From the NCBI GenBank assembly GCA_044892525.1, contig CM097887.1, positions 120,878,397 through 120,942,396 of the forward strand: a stretch of DNA of 64,000 bases, in the 5' to 3' direction. Positions 8,999 to 22,147 of the stretch are shown here, in pieces (positions within the stretch are counted from its first letter, which is position 1; the number at the start of each line of letters is the position of its first letter). The position numbers were made by a program, and so were the translations under genes. The DNA is from Schmidtea polychroa (lineage: Eukaryota). Below the pieces are notes generated by a model, which saw nothing but the letters and a program-made list of their open reading frames with translations, searched no databases and was not told the origin of the DNA.

Positions 8999-9575
8999 TA
9001 GTTCATAAATTCTAACTCAAACATTTGTGTTATCATATGTGGAAACTTTTATTGTATATACAAACTATCACCTTAAGTGATAATTGCTTGGTCTTGATTT
9101 GACCTATATCTTAGAATAAAAATTTTTTGTTTTTGTATAAATGTTTCGATATATCCTTTTTATGAATGCATGAAGTAAGATAACTATGCAATTGCGGGAC
9201 GCAATTTTGATGGGTCCCCGAGTGATTTGTTGGGCTGAGCCGAAAGATAGCTGGGAAATCAGGTTAAACTTAACTAAAGAAAAATAAAAAAAGAAAAATA
9301 AAATAAAAAAAATAAAATAAATAGATTGAGAAATAAAATAGAATAGAATATAAGAAAAGCAATAATTAGAAAATAAGAATTAAAACAAAAAACATAAAAA
9401 TAAGAACAATTAAATAGGACAATAGAATGACGAAAAATAACGTAAAAGGTAGTAGATAATAAGGAAATTAAGGGAAATAAATAAAAACATAATTTTAATA
9501 AAGAAAATAAGAAGAAATAACCCAAAAACAAGGAAAAAAAATTAAATGAATAAAATAAGGCGGTACTCAATTCTG

Positions 9576-9609
9576 ATTGGTCCGCATAAACAAAAAATAC
9601 CTATATAAG
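9576..9609 (+). promoter_or_regulatory. LTR promoter: reverse CCAAT box (ATTGG) and TATA box (TATATAAG)
   Basis: ATTGG at 9576 and TATATAA at 9602. The same arrangement recurs in the LTR-like repeats at about 49,700(-) and 32,190(-). Confidence 0.55.
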
Positions 9610-11652
9610 TAAACAGCAAATTCACTATAGTCAATGTTAAAACCAAACCAATTATAGGTAAGAATAGTATTAACTACATAAATGTTAAAACCAAACCAAT
9701 TATAGGTACTCGACAATCAGGAAAACCAAACCATACTCAGACGACTATTAGGGACAGTTCTATAGACTACTCATTCATATAACCGATTTGATCAGTTTAT
9801 ATTTCGGCTCAGCCTTTGGAACTACAGAATTTTTCAAATAATAAAGTAAGGGTGTATTGCTGTTATGAAATTTGTTTTTGAAGGATTAAATATTTCTATT
9901 ATATTAACCTAACCTTTGAATAAAAACTTCTCCATTCGATTTCAATTTTTTAATGATTTTATAGTTCATAAATTAATTTAAAGGTTAATGATATATAAAT
10001 CTTTATGCTATGTTTTGTCATCGAACGTATTGATTATGCTAAAATTATTTTTTTGAGAAACGTGGAGTTGAGGAGACCCACGCCATGGTATGAGGAGCCT
10101 TCGGGAGCTCAGCCGGCGGGTGTGGATCTCTTCAATCACGCAGCTGACGTGGGCCGGAATGTGGGGGCTTCCTCACGGGTCCGTCGCTGAGGGAAATAAA
10201 ATGCTGCAAGCACGGGTTTAAAGTACAGAGGAATGTATTCCAATATTGAAAAGTAGAGCAAATTTGAATTGAAAATGACTGAGGTGGCTACAAACTCTTA
10301 GTAAACATTACACTCTGAAATTTCATCCGACATCAGAAATCGTATATTGACATCAACTGACATTCCATCTTTTAGCAGAAAAATATTTTTCTATCAAAAC
10401 TTACTGCGTACAAATAGGTTCATCAAATGCGAAATCAGAATATAGAGAGCATAAATAAAGATTTATTCAACAAAAGATTTGTAGCATAAATATAATTGTC
10501 AACAAACGCTGTAATTTTTCCATTGCTTCTGAAAATCCACGATAGCGGCAACGCGAGGTTCTTTCTATAAATGACTCTTTCGACCAAAATAAGAGAGATT
10601 TCTGTTGAATGAACTGCTGGGAATATTTCCCGAAATCACAACATCCAAGTTGAAAAACGGAGGGAACTGCACATCGCGAGAATAAAATTCCAACGTTCAT
10701 GCGCGGTGAGAATTACTCATAGAGAACATATTGAATAACTAAAATAATTCCAACTCGCAGTGTGAGACGATCAGCTGCAACCCGTTGACATAGATAGTAA
10801 GGAAACAGACAAGGCAAATCACACGCATTGCCACATATAAATACACACTGACATATGCCGCATGCATCCTTTTCCCAGCCCGCTGATGACGGTGAGAACA
10901 AAAATTGAAGCACACGCTCATGACATAATCATCTCCAATAGATATGTATCTTTCCGATTCATGTGGCTAATGATTTCTACGAGTGATTCATGCGTCGTCG
11001 GATGACTGTTAATAATCGACTAAATTTTATAGGTTGATTGCACTAGTAGACTCCATAATGAAAAATAAATTAATTGATTTTAGGATGGGGATAGAAATCT
11101 GATCATACGCGACTTATTAAAAATCTAACAGTAGCACGTTGATTAACCGGGTTTTCTGAATTTAATATTCAAATATGAGTTACAATTTGGGGCCATAAAT
11201 TTAAGGATCGTTCACGCGGCCCTGGAGAATTTGTTTTACGTTTTTCAAAAATAAATATCTGTAGTCGAAAAGCTATGTGCAAAAATGAGCATTAATTATT
11301 CAATCATGCAAATATTCCTGATTCTTCCTAAACCATTTCTATGGTAAACTGTAAATCTAATGTCCATTATGTCAATACATTCGCGAGTCATTTTTCACGT
11401 AAATATTTGAAAATCTCAGATAACGGTAGGTAATGAATATTTTGAGTATAACCATAAATTTTTGGCAGAGTATTATCCAAATGTTAATTTCTCTTACACC
11501 CTAAATAGACCTCTAAAAATTCACTGAATGCAATTAACACTATTTCTAACGAAACTATATCATTTATTCTTTCCCCTTTTACTTAATTTTACGAAAATCA
11601 ACAAATGATTGTGTCCATACTAGTTTAGTAGAGATCGCTGATCTTAATTCTT

Positions 11653-12303
11653 ATGCTCATTGTTTCTTTGTTACAGCTATCAACAATGTTGCCAAGCTCG
11701 AAGCCGTCGCTCAAACCCTGTTTCTCCTGTGCCGACAAAAATACCGTAATCCGAGAATTACAGGCCCAGATCGGTCGATATAAAAAGAAAATCGACGATC
11801 TGGAAGGTACATGGTTTAGCCCAGTACAAATGAAGGAGGTTCAAAAGAAATTGTACCGCAGTGAGCATTGTCGCGATGCTTTGATAAGCGAAAGTAGAGC
11901 TCAGCGTAGCCTAATCAAAGAGCAGTCCGAAGCTCTACATAAAGTTTACGTCCAAGCCGCTACAACCCGAAGGATCGTTAGTATTCCGATTAAAGAAGCG
12001 GACAATGTCTTCCCCGTTCACCATGAACCTTCATTTAGTTCGCCACCCTTGTCGAAAAGATCTTGTCAGGAATGTGTGGAGGCCGACCTCTCCCCCAGGC
12101 CATCGGACGTACCTACTCCCGGTACTGGCAAGGTATCGCATTCAGCCACGACGTCCTCGGCAATCTTGTCTGCTAACCCCTCAAAACCTAAGCGTCGCCA
12201 ATTGTCCAGAGCGGAGCGTAAGAAGCGCCAACGTGAACGGGCAATTGTCAAACAACGAGAACTATCTGCCAACCCCCAAGTGCTTCGAATGATCCACCCG
12301 TAA
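11653..12303 (+). CDS. Unknown repeat-borne ORF (CxxC, coiled coil, basic tail), copy 1; probable start ATG 11686 after a splice acceptor
   Basis: LKPCFSCADKN..QMKEVQKKLYRSEHCRD..IKEQS; two degraded homologues in the window; TTTCTTTGTTACAG acceptor ends at 11676. Confidence 0.55.
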   Translation: MLIVSLLQLSTMLPSSKPSLKPCFSCADKNTVIRELQAQIGRYKKKIDDLEGTWFSPVQMKEVQKKLYRSEHCRDALISESRAQRSLIKEQSEALHKVYVQAATTRRIVSIPIKEADNVFPVHHEPSFSSPPLSKRSCQECVEADLSPRPSDVPTPGTGKVSHSATTSSAILSANPSKPKRRQLSRAERKKRQRERAIVKQRELSANPQVLRMIHP

Positions 12304-13004
12304 CGATCGATCTGACCGTAGGAATCCCAGGGCGAATCATATCTGCCGCTGGTGTGACTTGGGAGGAGAATGCCTCCGAGTTTTTTTATCTAGAAGAGCT
12401 ATTGGCGGATGCGGGGTGGGAGAAGTGAGGGCCGCAACACAATACAACCGTGCAGGGCGCGAATGGACAAATATACTATCATGACTCCTTTTCTTCTTAA
12501 TCTATTCTCCACCAAGTGTACTTGTTATGTAGTGTATAATTATCTAATGTATCATGATAATAAAATAAAGAAATTTTTGGTTAAAATTTTGTTGTTGTTT
12601 AAATCTAACTAGCTGTGGTAAAGGTTCAGAGTAGTGTTCGCAAAGCGAGAGTAAATTTTGAGTTCGAGAGGCAGTGGTCAATTTTGTGCCGAACCATGGG
12701 TCAGGGTAGAGAGAGAATCTGATGAGGTAAACAGACGTAAGTCCTTCCAGCGGCCGTCAGAAAGGGAAGTCGAGGCCTCATTAAGGAGTAGTCCTAAGGT
12801 AGGGGCTCACCTGCTTACTGGAGTCTCGCCAGCATAGCACATTTCCAACGTGAAGCAATTCGCGGGTGCTATGTTGGAGGGCAGGTTGTGCGGGGTCCTG
12901 CTCCGGGTGGACACGGGCGTATGTAGCGTACTGATATGGACACGCATCCCCTAGACAAGGACGTAGATTGAGCAGAGTCAACCAAGCACTACCCCAGCAC
13001 AACA

Positions 13005-15992
13005 TTAATATAATAAATTATTTGTAATAAATTATTTTTAGGATTTTTATGAATTTTATGAATTTATTTGGAATTATTTCGATATATTGTAAGTCAGATT
13101 TATGTTTAACTAAAAATAAATAAAGTAATCGCGAAACACAATTCTCATTTCTTCCATAGATACATAGAAATTGGATTCAACGAAATCAAACAACTTATTT
13201 CCTGGTTCTTCTGAAATCAATTGCCTTATTGCTAACTTATACCCTTTGGAAATTTTCACATATTTTTAATACCAGAAAATTATTATTCCAATAGATTTTT
13301 TCGTGATTTCAAGTAATCTTCAAAATTCTTCGTGATTCTCAACATATTCAAAAAAATATTTTTAGTTGAGTTTTGTCATGTTCCGTAATTAATATTTGAA
13401 TTTTTTCCTGTAAATTCAAAGCAATTGAAGAACACCGTAATTAATATTTGAAATTTTATCTTTAATTCGATATTGATTGTATTCCGGTTATGTAGATAAA
13501 TCTGATGACAAAGATAATGGGGTTTCTATATCGATCAGGATCTGGTTCAACAGTGATTTTTCAGCATGTGGAGATTTTTGTTAACTCTATTAAATTTCAG
13601 ATTTTTCCGGAATTCACTTTACTGGTAAGTTCTATTTGTTGTTGAATAAATATTTTAAAAGAATTTGTTATTATGATTTTTTAAGTAAGATTTTTTTAAT
13701 TTTTAAGTAAGTTTTAAAGCTTAAATTCAAATCTCAGATAAAAATGAGATCATTATTCAAGCTCTTAAATATTACTTTTAGTCAACATTAATATTATAAA
13801 TTATTTGTAATAAATTATTTTTAGGATTTTTATGAATTTTTTGAATTTATTTGGAATTATTTCGATATAATGTAATTCAGACTTATTTTTAACTATAAAT
13901 AAATAAAGTAATCGCGAAACACAATTCTCGTATCTTCCAAAGATGCAGAGAAATTGATTGTATTCCTGTTATGCAGATATTTTTGATAACAAAGATAATG
14001 GGATTTCTATATCCATCAGGGTCTGGTTAAATAGTTTTTTTTGAGTATGAGGATATTTTTGTAAACTCTAGTTTATTTCGGATTTTTTCGGAATTCACTT
14101 TACTGGTAAGTTCTATTTGTTGTTGAATAAATATTTTAAAAGTATTTGTTCTAATGATCTTCAAGCAAGTTTTGTTTTAATTTTTAATAAACTTTTAAGG
14201 CTTGAAATCAAATCTCATATAAAAATGAGATCATTATTCAAGCTCTTAAATATTACTTTTAGTCAAAATTAATATTATAAATTATTTGTAATAAATTATT
14301 TTTAGGATTTTTATGAATTTTATGAATTTATTTGGAATTATTTCGATATAATGAAAATCAGATTTATGTTTAACTATAAATAAATAAAGTAATCGCGAAA
14401 AACAATTCTCATTTCCTCCAAAGATTCATAGAAATTGATTTCTGTTATGCAGATATTTTTGATAACAAAGATAATGGGATTTCTATATCGATCAGGGTCT
14501 GGTTAAATAGTTTTTTTTTGAGTATGAGGATATTTGTGTAAACTCTAGTTTATTTCGGATTTTTTCGGAATTCACTTTACTGGTAAGTTCTATTTGTTGT
14601 TGAATAAATATTTTAAAAGTATTTGTTCTAATGATTTTCAAGCAAGTTTTGTTTTAATTTTTAATAAACTTTTAAGGCTTGAAATCAAATCTCATATAAA
14701 AATGAGATCATTATTCAAGCTCTTAAATATTACTTTTAGTCAAAATTAATATTATAAATTATTTGTAATAAATTATTTTTAAGATTTTTATGAATTTTAT
14801 GAATTTATTTGGAATTATTTCGATATAATGAAAATCAGATTTATGTTTAACTATAAATAAATAAAGTAATCGCGAAAAACAATTCTCATTTCCTCTAAAG
14901 ATTCATAGAAATTGATTTCTGTTATGCAGATATTTTTGATAACAAAGATAATGGGATTTCTATATCGATCAGGGTCTGGTTAAATAGTTTTTTTTTGAGT
15001 ATGAGGATATTTTTGTAAACTCTAGTTTATTTCGGATTTTTTCGGAATTCACTTTACCGGTAAGTTCTATTTGTTGTTGAATAAATATTTTAGAAGTATT
15101 TGTTATAATGATTTTCAAATAAGTTTTATTTTAATTTTTAATAAACTTTTAAGGCTTGAATTCAAATCTCAAATAACAATGAGATCATTATTCAAGCTCT
15201 TAAATATTACTTTTAGTCAACAATAATATAATAAATTATTTGTAATAAATTATTTTTAGGATTTTTATGAATTTTATGAATTTATTTGGAATTATTTCGA
15301 TATAATGTAAATCAGATTTATGTTTAACTAAAAATAAATAAAGTAATCGTGAAAAACAATTCTCCTTTCCTCCCAAGATGCATAGAAATTGATTGTATTC
15401 CTGTTATGCAGATATTTTTGATAACAAAGATAATGGGATTTCTTTGTCGATCAGGATCTGGTTTAATAGTGAATAATAGATCATTATCATTTTAAGGATT
15501 TTTATGAATTTTATGAATTTATTTGGAATTATTTCAATATAATGTAAGTCAGATTTATTTTTAACTATAAATAAATATAGTAATGATATTTAATGATATT
15601 TATATAATGATATTTATATAATGATATTCAAATAATGATATTTATATATCGATCAGGGTCTGGTTTAATAGTGATTTTTGAGTATGTGGAGATTTTTGTA
15701 AACTCTAGTTAATTTTGGATTTTTTCGGAATTCACTTTACTGGTAAGTTCTATTTGTTGTTGAATAAATATTTTAGAAGTTGTTGTTAGAAATGATTTTC
15801 AAGTAAGTTTTTTTTTAATTTTTAAGTTACTTTTAAGGCTTGAAATCTGATCTCACGTAATAATGAGATCATTATTCAAGCTCTTAAATATTACTTTTAG
15901 TCAACATTAATATTATAAACTATTTGTAATATATTGTTTTTTGGATTTTTATGAACTTTTCTGAAATTATTTAGAATTATTTCGATATAATT
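13005..15992. repeat. Tandem satellite, about 477-481-bp unit, about 6 copies (first and last irregular)
   Basis: Marker GAGATCATTATTCAAGC recurs at 13746, 14227, 14704, 15181 and 15865. Confidence 0.92.
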
Positions 15993-16121
15993 TAAGTAGT
16001 TGATGCTAAATTATTAGTAAGTCCCGTGTGTGATGAACCATTAGTATTAGCCGATCATGAACTTGGTCTTAATGCTAGAAGTGCAGTTTAATCATTGAAA
16101 ACTAAGGAAATTTGCTATAAT

Positions 16122-16123
<2 letters not shown>

Positions 16124-16187
<64 letters not shown>
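16124..16187. repeat. (AAT)n microsatellite
   Basis: Direct reading. Confidence 0.98.
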
Positions 16188-17170
16188 TTTTATTATAATA
16201 TATTCTTTTAAATATATTCATTGCTCCAATAACCAAATACTTTCATCCCGTTATTACTCAATAAAAGTCATGTGGCAGAATGACTTTTAAAAAGGAAAAT
16301 AATAGTTTTTTTCATTTTAAAAGTGGAAATTATTAAATAATTTCTAATGAATATAGATTCTGCTTTTAAATCGATATTTTCTTTAATTAGCTATAATTTA
16401 TAATATTTAACACGTTAGCTGCTACAATGTTAAGAAAAAATTGTCCTCCTGGGCCAATTCGGTAGTTCGGCTATTATTATCTGTATTATTATTATGGTGG
16501 TCCGCGCGGCTAAATGTTATGGGGTAAGTCAGACACGGCACAATTGTCGCGTGGTAGATAACGTGTTAATAGGTATAATATTTATAATCTAATTATAGAA
16601 TTGTCAATTGTTCATTTTGATTATTTTATTGACATTTTATTGATGTTTTAGGATATTTTATGAAATTCGTATGTTTATAACTTTTGTTGAATTTTATCAA
16701 ATTATTAGATTTGAGTTCGCTAGATTGAAATTTTTCATTGGAATTCCAACCAAGCACACCCGGTCACCGACCGCTTCCCACTCTTTCTCAGTGAATTCCG
16801 ATTGATATTGTTTCCGTTCAACGAGTCAATGCTTGAATCACTAAAAGAGCTTTTCATATCACACTCCATCGATTTTACCTTCTCTGTATTCACTAAAGTT
16901 TCTGCTATATGCATTGGTATCAAATTTGGTTCACCTTTTTTGAAATTGAAATACATTTAAAATTCCAAAGAAATTCCAAAATCACAAAATTATATTTCAA
17001 TAAATCGAGCCACAAATTCGAAATGAGATACAAATACAAACAAAGACAACAAGTCAATTCCAAACAATTCTTGAAAATTCGATTAATTGTTATGATAAAC
17101 AACAAAAAAATCCAGAAAGAGATCCAATTATATATGATCCACAGAATAGTGTTCAAAATTAAAACTACTT

Positions 17171-17317
17171 AAAACTTTTATACGCTCTACGATGAGACAA
17201 GAACGATTAGATGCCCTGGCCACTTTGTCAATTGAACGTGAAATTGCCAAAAATTTTAATGAAGAGAAATTAGTTTATAGGTTTGCTTCTATAAAATCTC
17301 GAAAGATTAGTTTTTAA
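17171..17317 (+). pseudogene. hAT transposase C-terminal dimerization fragment
   Basis: KTFIRSTMRQERLDALATLSIEREIAKNFNEEKLVYRFASIKSRKISF* matches the hAT (ZMYM1-like) C-terminus. Confidence 0.75.
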
Positions 17318-18197
17318 ATCAACATACCAAGAGCAGTAAGTATATCTTATGATTTGGAAATTACTTGAAGATTAAATTACTAAATTATGATTTTCTTATT
17401 TATAGGTTTTATTGTTAATGGATTTAATGAACTCTTAAATATTGAATAAAAATATAAATAACTCTTAAATTTTAAATAAATAAATTCATACATTTTTCCC
17501 AAATATTTTTATTATTAAAATTTTACGAAATAATTTTGGGGCGGAAAAATTTATATTTGCACAAGGCGCCACAACTGTTACGGAGCCCAAAATTCCAGCA
17601 TATACACACAATTAAATAACATATACAACTCCATTACATATTAATCAGCTGAAACAGGCTGCGGTTCAATTATATCATGATTCATTTGTGAACTGGGTCA
17701 ATTTCGACAATGGTTGATTGTCTTACTGAGTCAGTTGTCATGGAACCCTTTATAACGTGTTATTTATAAACGTATTCATTATTTTATTTATTATTATTAA
17801 TACTATTATAATATTGTTATCTTGTTTTTTTGCAAATATTTTTTCTACTGGTCAATTCAAATATAATAATTCAGATATTATATTTACTAAATATATTTAC
17901 TAAGATCATTTTAAATTATTATATTTCAATTAATATTAAATTATTTAAAATTTAAAAATATATTGTTGTTTGAATATACTAATATTTCAAATAAAAAGTG
18001 TCTAACAAAATTACAAAAATGAAGATTTATCAGAATCGAATTTCAATCCAGTAAATTAACGAATAGATTCACAATTTTCTGTTAGAAAAATTCCATGCGA
18101 ATTGTGAGCGATATGGATCTTTAAATTACTTTACTTAGTTATTATAATATTTGTCTATTAGGGCTCTCGAATCAGCCGGAAATAATACTCGTTTTAA

Positions 18198-19135
<938 letters not shown>

Positions 19136-19433
19136 GTGTATTTATTTATTTATTTTTTTGTCATGTGTACATATATATCAATAAAAATTTTTTGAACTAC
19201 TTTTGTCTTCTATATAATTTTTTTTTAATATTTAACGAAAAAAAAACATGTATTTAAAAAAATATACAATTTACTATTTCGCCCCGCCCCCAGGTAAAGT
19301 ACACTTGCTACGCCACTGAAAACAATTTTTTTTTAATTTAATTAGTTATATAAACAAAATTTTCACTTAAAAAAATTCGATAAATTTTGCCTTTAAGCGA
19401 CAAATAAAAATTGAAAAATAAAGTTGAAGCAAA

Positions 19434-19560
19434 TGTTGGATGACAGAAGCAGGAATATCAAGTACTTCCAGCTCTACGATAACTATAGAACAGGCCATAA
19501 CAAATACAGGGTTAATATCTATGCGGAGCAGGCCCAACGAAGTGAACAAGACAAATAAAA
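19434..19560 (+). repeat. Diverged LTR fragment related to the element B LTR
   Basis: Starts TGTTGGATGACAGA like the element B LTRs; translates (L)DDRSRNIKYFQLYDNYRTGHNKYRVNIYAE versus LDDRGRRIEEFELTHYYRTGSNKFRINIYVE. Confidence 0.75.
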
Positions 19561-20448
19561 GATGCAGATACCAAAATAATCCAGTGCACAGTGCCAAAGA
19601 GACAATTATGTCATCCATCCATCCATCCATCAAATACACATTACGTGATGTGACTTTTTATGTGACTATCATTGTGATCAGTTAACTAATAATTGACAAT
19701 AATTTAACTAATTGGTGGATCATATGTTGTATATATTTTTATGAGTAATTTATCTGATAACGCACATTATAGTTATGGGTTATTATTATTTTTTATTTTT
19801 TTATCCTTATTTTATTAGTATATTTATGATTTATTCTTGTCATTTTCTAGCAAAAAAATTGAAGAAAAAATTTGGGGCAAATAGAAAATAATATTATAAT
19901 TCTATTAAAATTTTATAAATGATATTAATCTAAAAGTACATAGATTAATTAATTTTATTATCCTATTTATTCAGGTTAACATAAATAAATAATTTAACAT
20001 CTTTTCAGACAATCTAATATAAATAAATATCTTGACGATTTAATAGTATCAATTGGATATATAATATAAAAAATTTAAATATCACAACCAAAAAATAGTA
20101 TAAATACTGAGTAAAAATTCAGTATCTTTGCCAAAAATCACTCGTACAAAAACTTTTTAATTTCCAGGAATTAAAACATATAGCAATTTGTACACAACAT
20201 TTTAACACATATAAAGCAACCACACTATTCATTGTAAAATAAATCTGTAATTTGGATATATTGATTTCATACGATTATTGGTAATGTTGGGCTAGAAAAG
20301 AAAAAATAATTTCGTATTAAATAGGTTTCCTTATTCCTTTTTATTTCTATAAAACTAGGTAAATGGTCAACTGAGACGACCCATAGAGCAACGAAAACGC
20401 AAAAAGTATAATTAAAATCATTTTAAACATTAACTAAAACAAAAATAT

Positions 20449-22147
20449 GGTTCCAGGAAAATTCACAGAATGGAAAATTCGGGAATCTGGGCATATCTGT
20501 GCATAATTAGATTTAGATATACAATAAACATAACAATATAAAATGTTTTTAATCATTATTATTTTTACAAATTTAATTGTCTAATATGGCCATTCAATTC
20601 ATAAAGAGCGAAAAGGGTAAAAATAAGCTTGTAATAGGTGGTCACTTATTTTTTAAAGATAAAGAAACAGAAAAGACATATTTGAAATGTGAGATGTATC
20701 AGAAGCACGTGCCGTGTTAGTGCCATAATAAATGGCAATAAAATTGAGGCAGTAAATGGGGTTCATAATCATGTTGGGGATTATGCGCGTATAGAAGCTT
20801 TGAAGATCCAATATATTATATGTAATCGGGCAATAAATAACATGCATCTCAATATATCATATCAAACGCTTCAATTGGAATCAGTCAAGCTACTGTAGGT
20901 CATATTGTAAAAACTGATAGTATCAAAAGAACAATACAAAATATCAGAATAAGGAATCAATCAACACCAACATTGCCTTCATCTTGGCAAGAAATTGTAT
21001 TTCATGATGAGTATAAATTAACTAAAGAGCACCGTTCTTGCTTTTCGATTCAAGTCCAACAGAAGATAGAATAGTAATATTTTTAACTTCAAGAAATCTA
21101 AGATTAATGTCTTCATCTGAGCATTGGGTTGGGGATGGAACTTTTAAAACAGTTCCCCATTTATTTTATCAACTCTACATAATACATGGAATTCGCGTTA
21201 ACAGTTCAATACCACTTTTATAAATAGAGGCAACATATGTTAGGCTACTGAGACAAATTAAACCACTTTTACCTGATGTATCCGCATTGACATTTATGAC
21301 TGATTTTTAATCTGTTATTCGTCAAGATTTTCCAATATCTAGACATAGGGGATGTTTCTTCCATTTTTCTCAATGTATATTCCGAAAGATTCAATCTGAA
21401 GGTCTTCAAATATATGAAACTGATGTGATTTTTGCAATGAAATTGCGTTTATTATCTGCTTAAGCCTTTGTTCCAACAGAGGATGTTGTAGAAGCATTTG
21501 TTGTTCTAAGTGGTAATGGGATGCCTGAAGAAGCACAAGGAATACTTGATTATTTTGAAAATTGCTGGATCGGACACCCTCAAGAATACACAGGGCGTCG
21601 AATACCTGGCTTCTTAATCGAAATGTGGAACTGCTATAATGGAGTAAGATATCATCTTCCAAAAACAAATAACTCGATTGAAGGATGGCACCGTGGATTT
21701 GAAGTGCAAAAATCTGCAACACATCCTAATATCTGGGAGTTTATCAAAGCGATTCAGCGTGAGCAAAATATAAGAACATTGCAAATTGAGCAATGTAAGT
21801 GGTCAGCAAAGTAATCCTGTACGTAAGAAATATAGGGATTGTGCTGAAAGACTTTTTCAGAGAAGTTTCAAATTATGACCGAAATAATATTTTGGAATTT
21901 TTAAGAGGTGTAGCACACAATATTGATTACTAATAAAGATTTTGGTTACGATTCTTTTTATGTGAGACGATATTTGTTATTACGTTTATTTAATTTAAAA
22001 TATTTTTAAAGCTATTTATATTTTATTTTTATTATTTATAGCTAAAATAATTCATATTAAACACATAATAAATATTTAAATTTTAAATAAAACATTAAAA
22101 AGACTATTGTTTATTAATTTTTCCATTCGGTGAATTTTCCGGACACC
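20449..22147 (+). mobile_element. Mutator-like (MULE) element with FLYWCH and DDE transposase pseudogene (about 20586-21933)
   Basis: About 31-bp TIRs (GGTTCCAGGAAAATTCACAGAATGGAAAATT and its near complement at 22116-22147); motifs SEKGKNKL..HNH, WVGDGTFKTVPHLFYQLYIIHG, KTNNSIEGWHR; many stops and frameshifts. Confidence 0.88.

Larger units (their letters stand above)
1..13004 (+). mobile_element. 3' half of a giant Ty3/gypsy LTR retrotransposon with a multi-gene cargo (element A); continues left of the window
   Basis: Integrase DDE core and GPY/F C-terminal region, then seven more A-rich same-strand ORFs, then a TGTTG-starting LTR-like segment at 9228. The right end is uncertain (about 9815 or 13004). 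Confidence 0.8.
9228..13004 (+). repeat. Putative 3' LTR region of element A (possibly composite)
   Basis: Starts TGTTGGGCTG and ends CAGCACAACA (9/10 inverted match). The same TGTTGGGCTGA start occurs at 42036 and 50225(-). 12735-12990 matches 42340-42597. An AATTGCG-GGA-CGCAATT hairpin lies at 9190-9206 upstream, but no clean PPT. Confidence 0.5.

Noticed and set aside
10467-10921. Minus-strand hydrophobic ORF pieces resembling a membrane protein
   Set aside because: Broken by stops and no family motif recognised.
12717-12775. CTGATGAG..GAAA as a hammerhead ribozyme core
   Set aside because: No closing stem II pair before GAAA and no convincing stems I and III.
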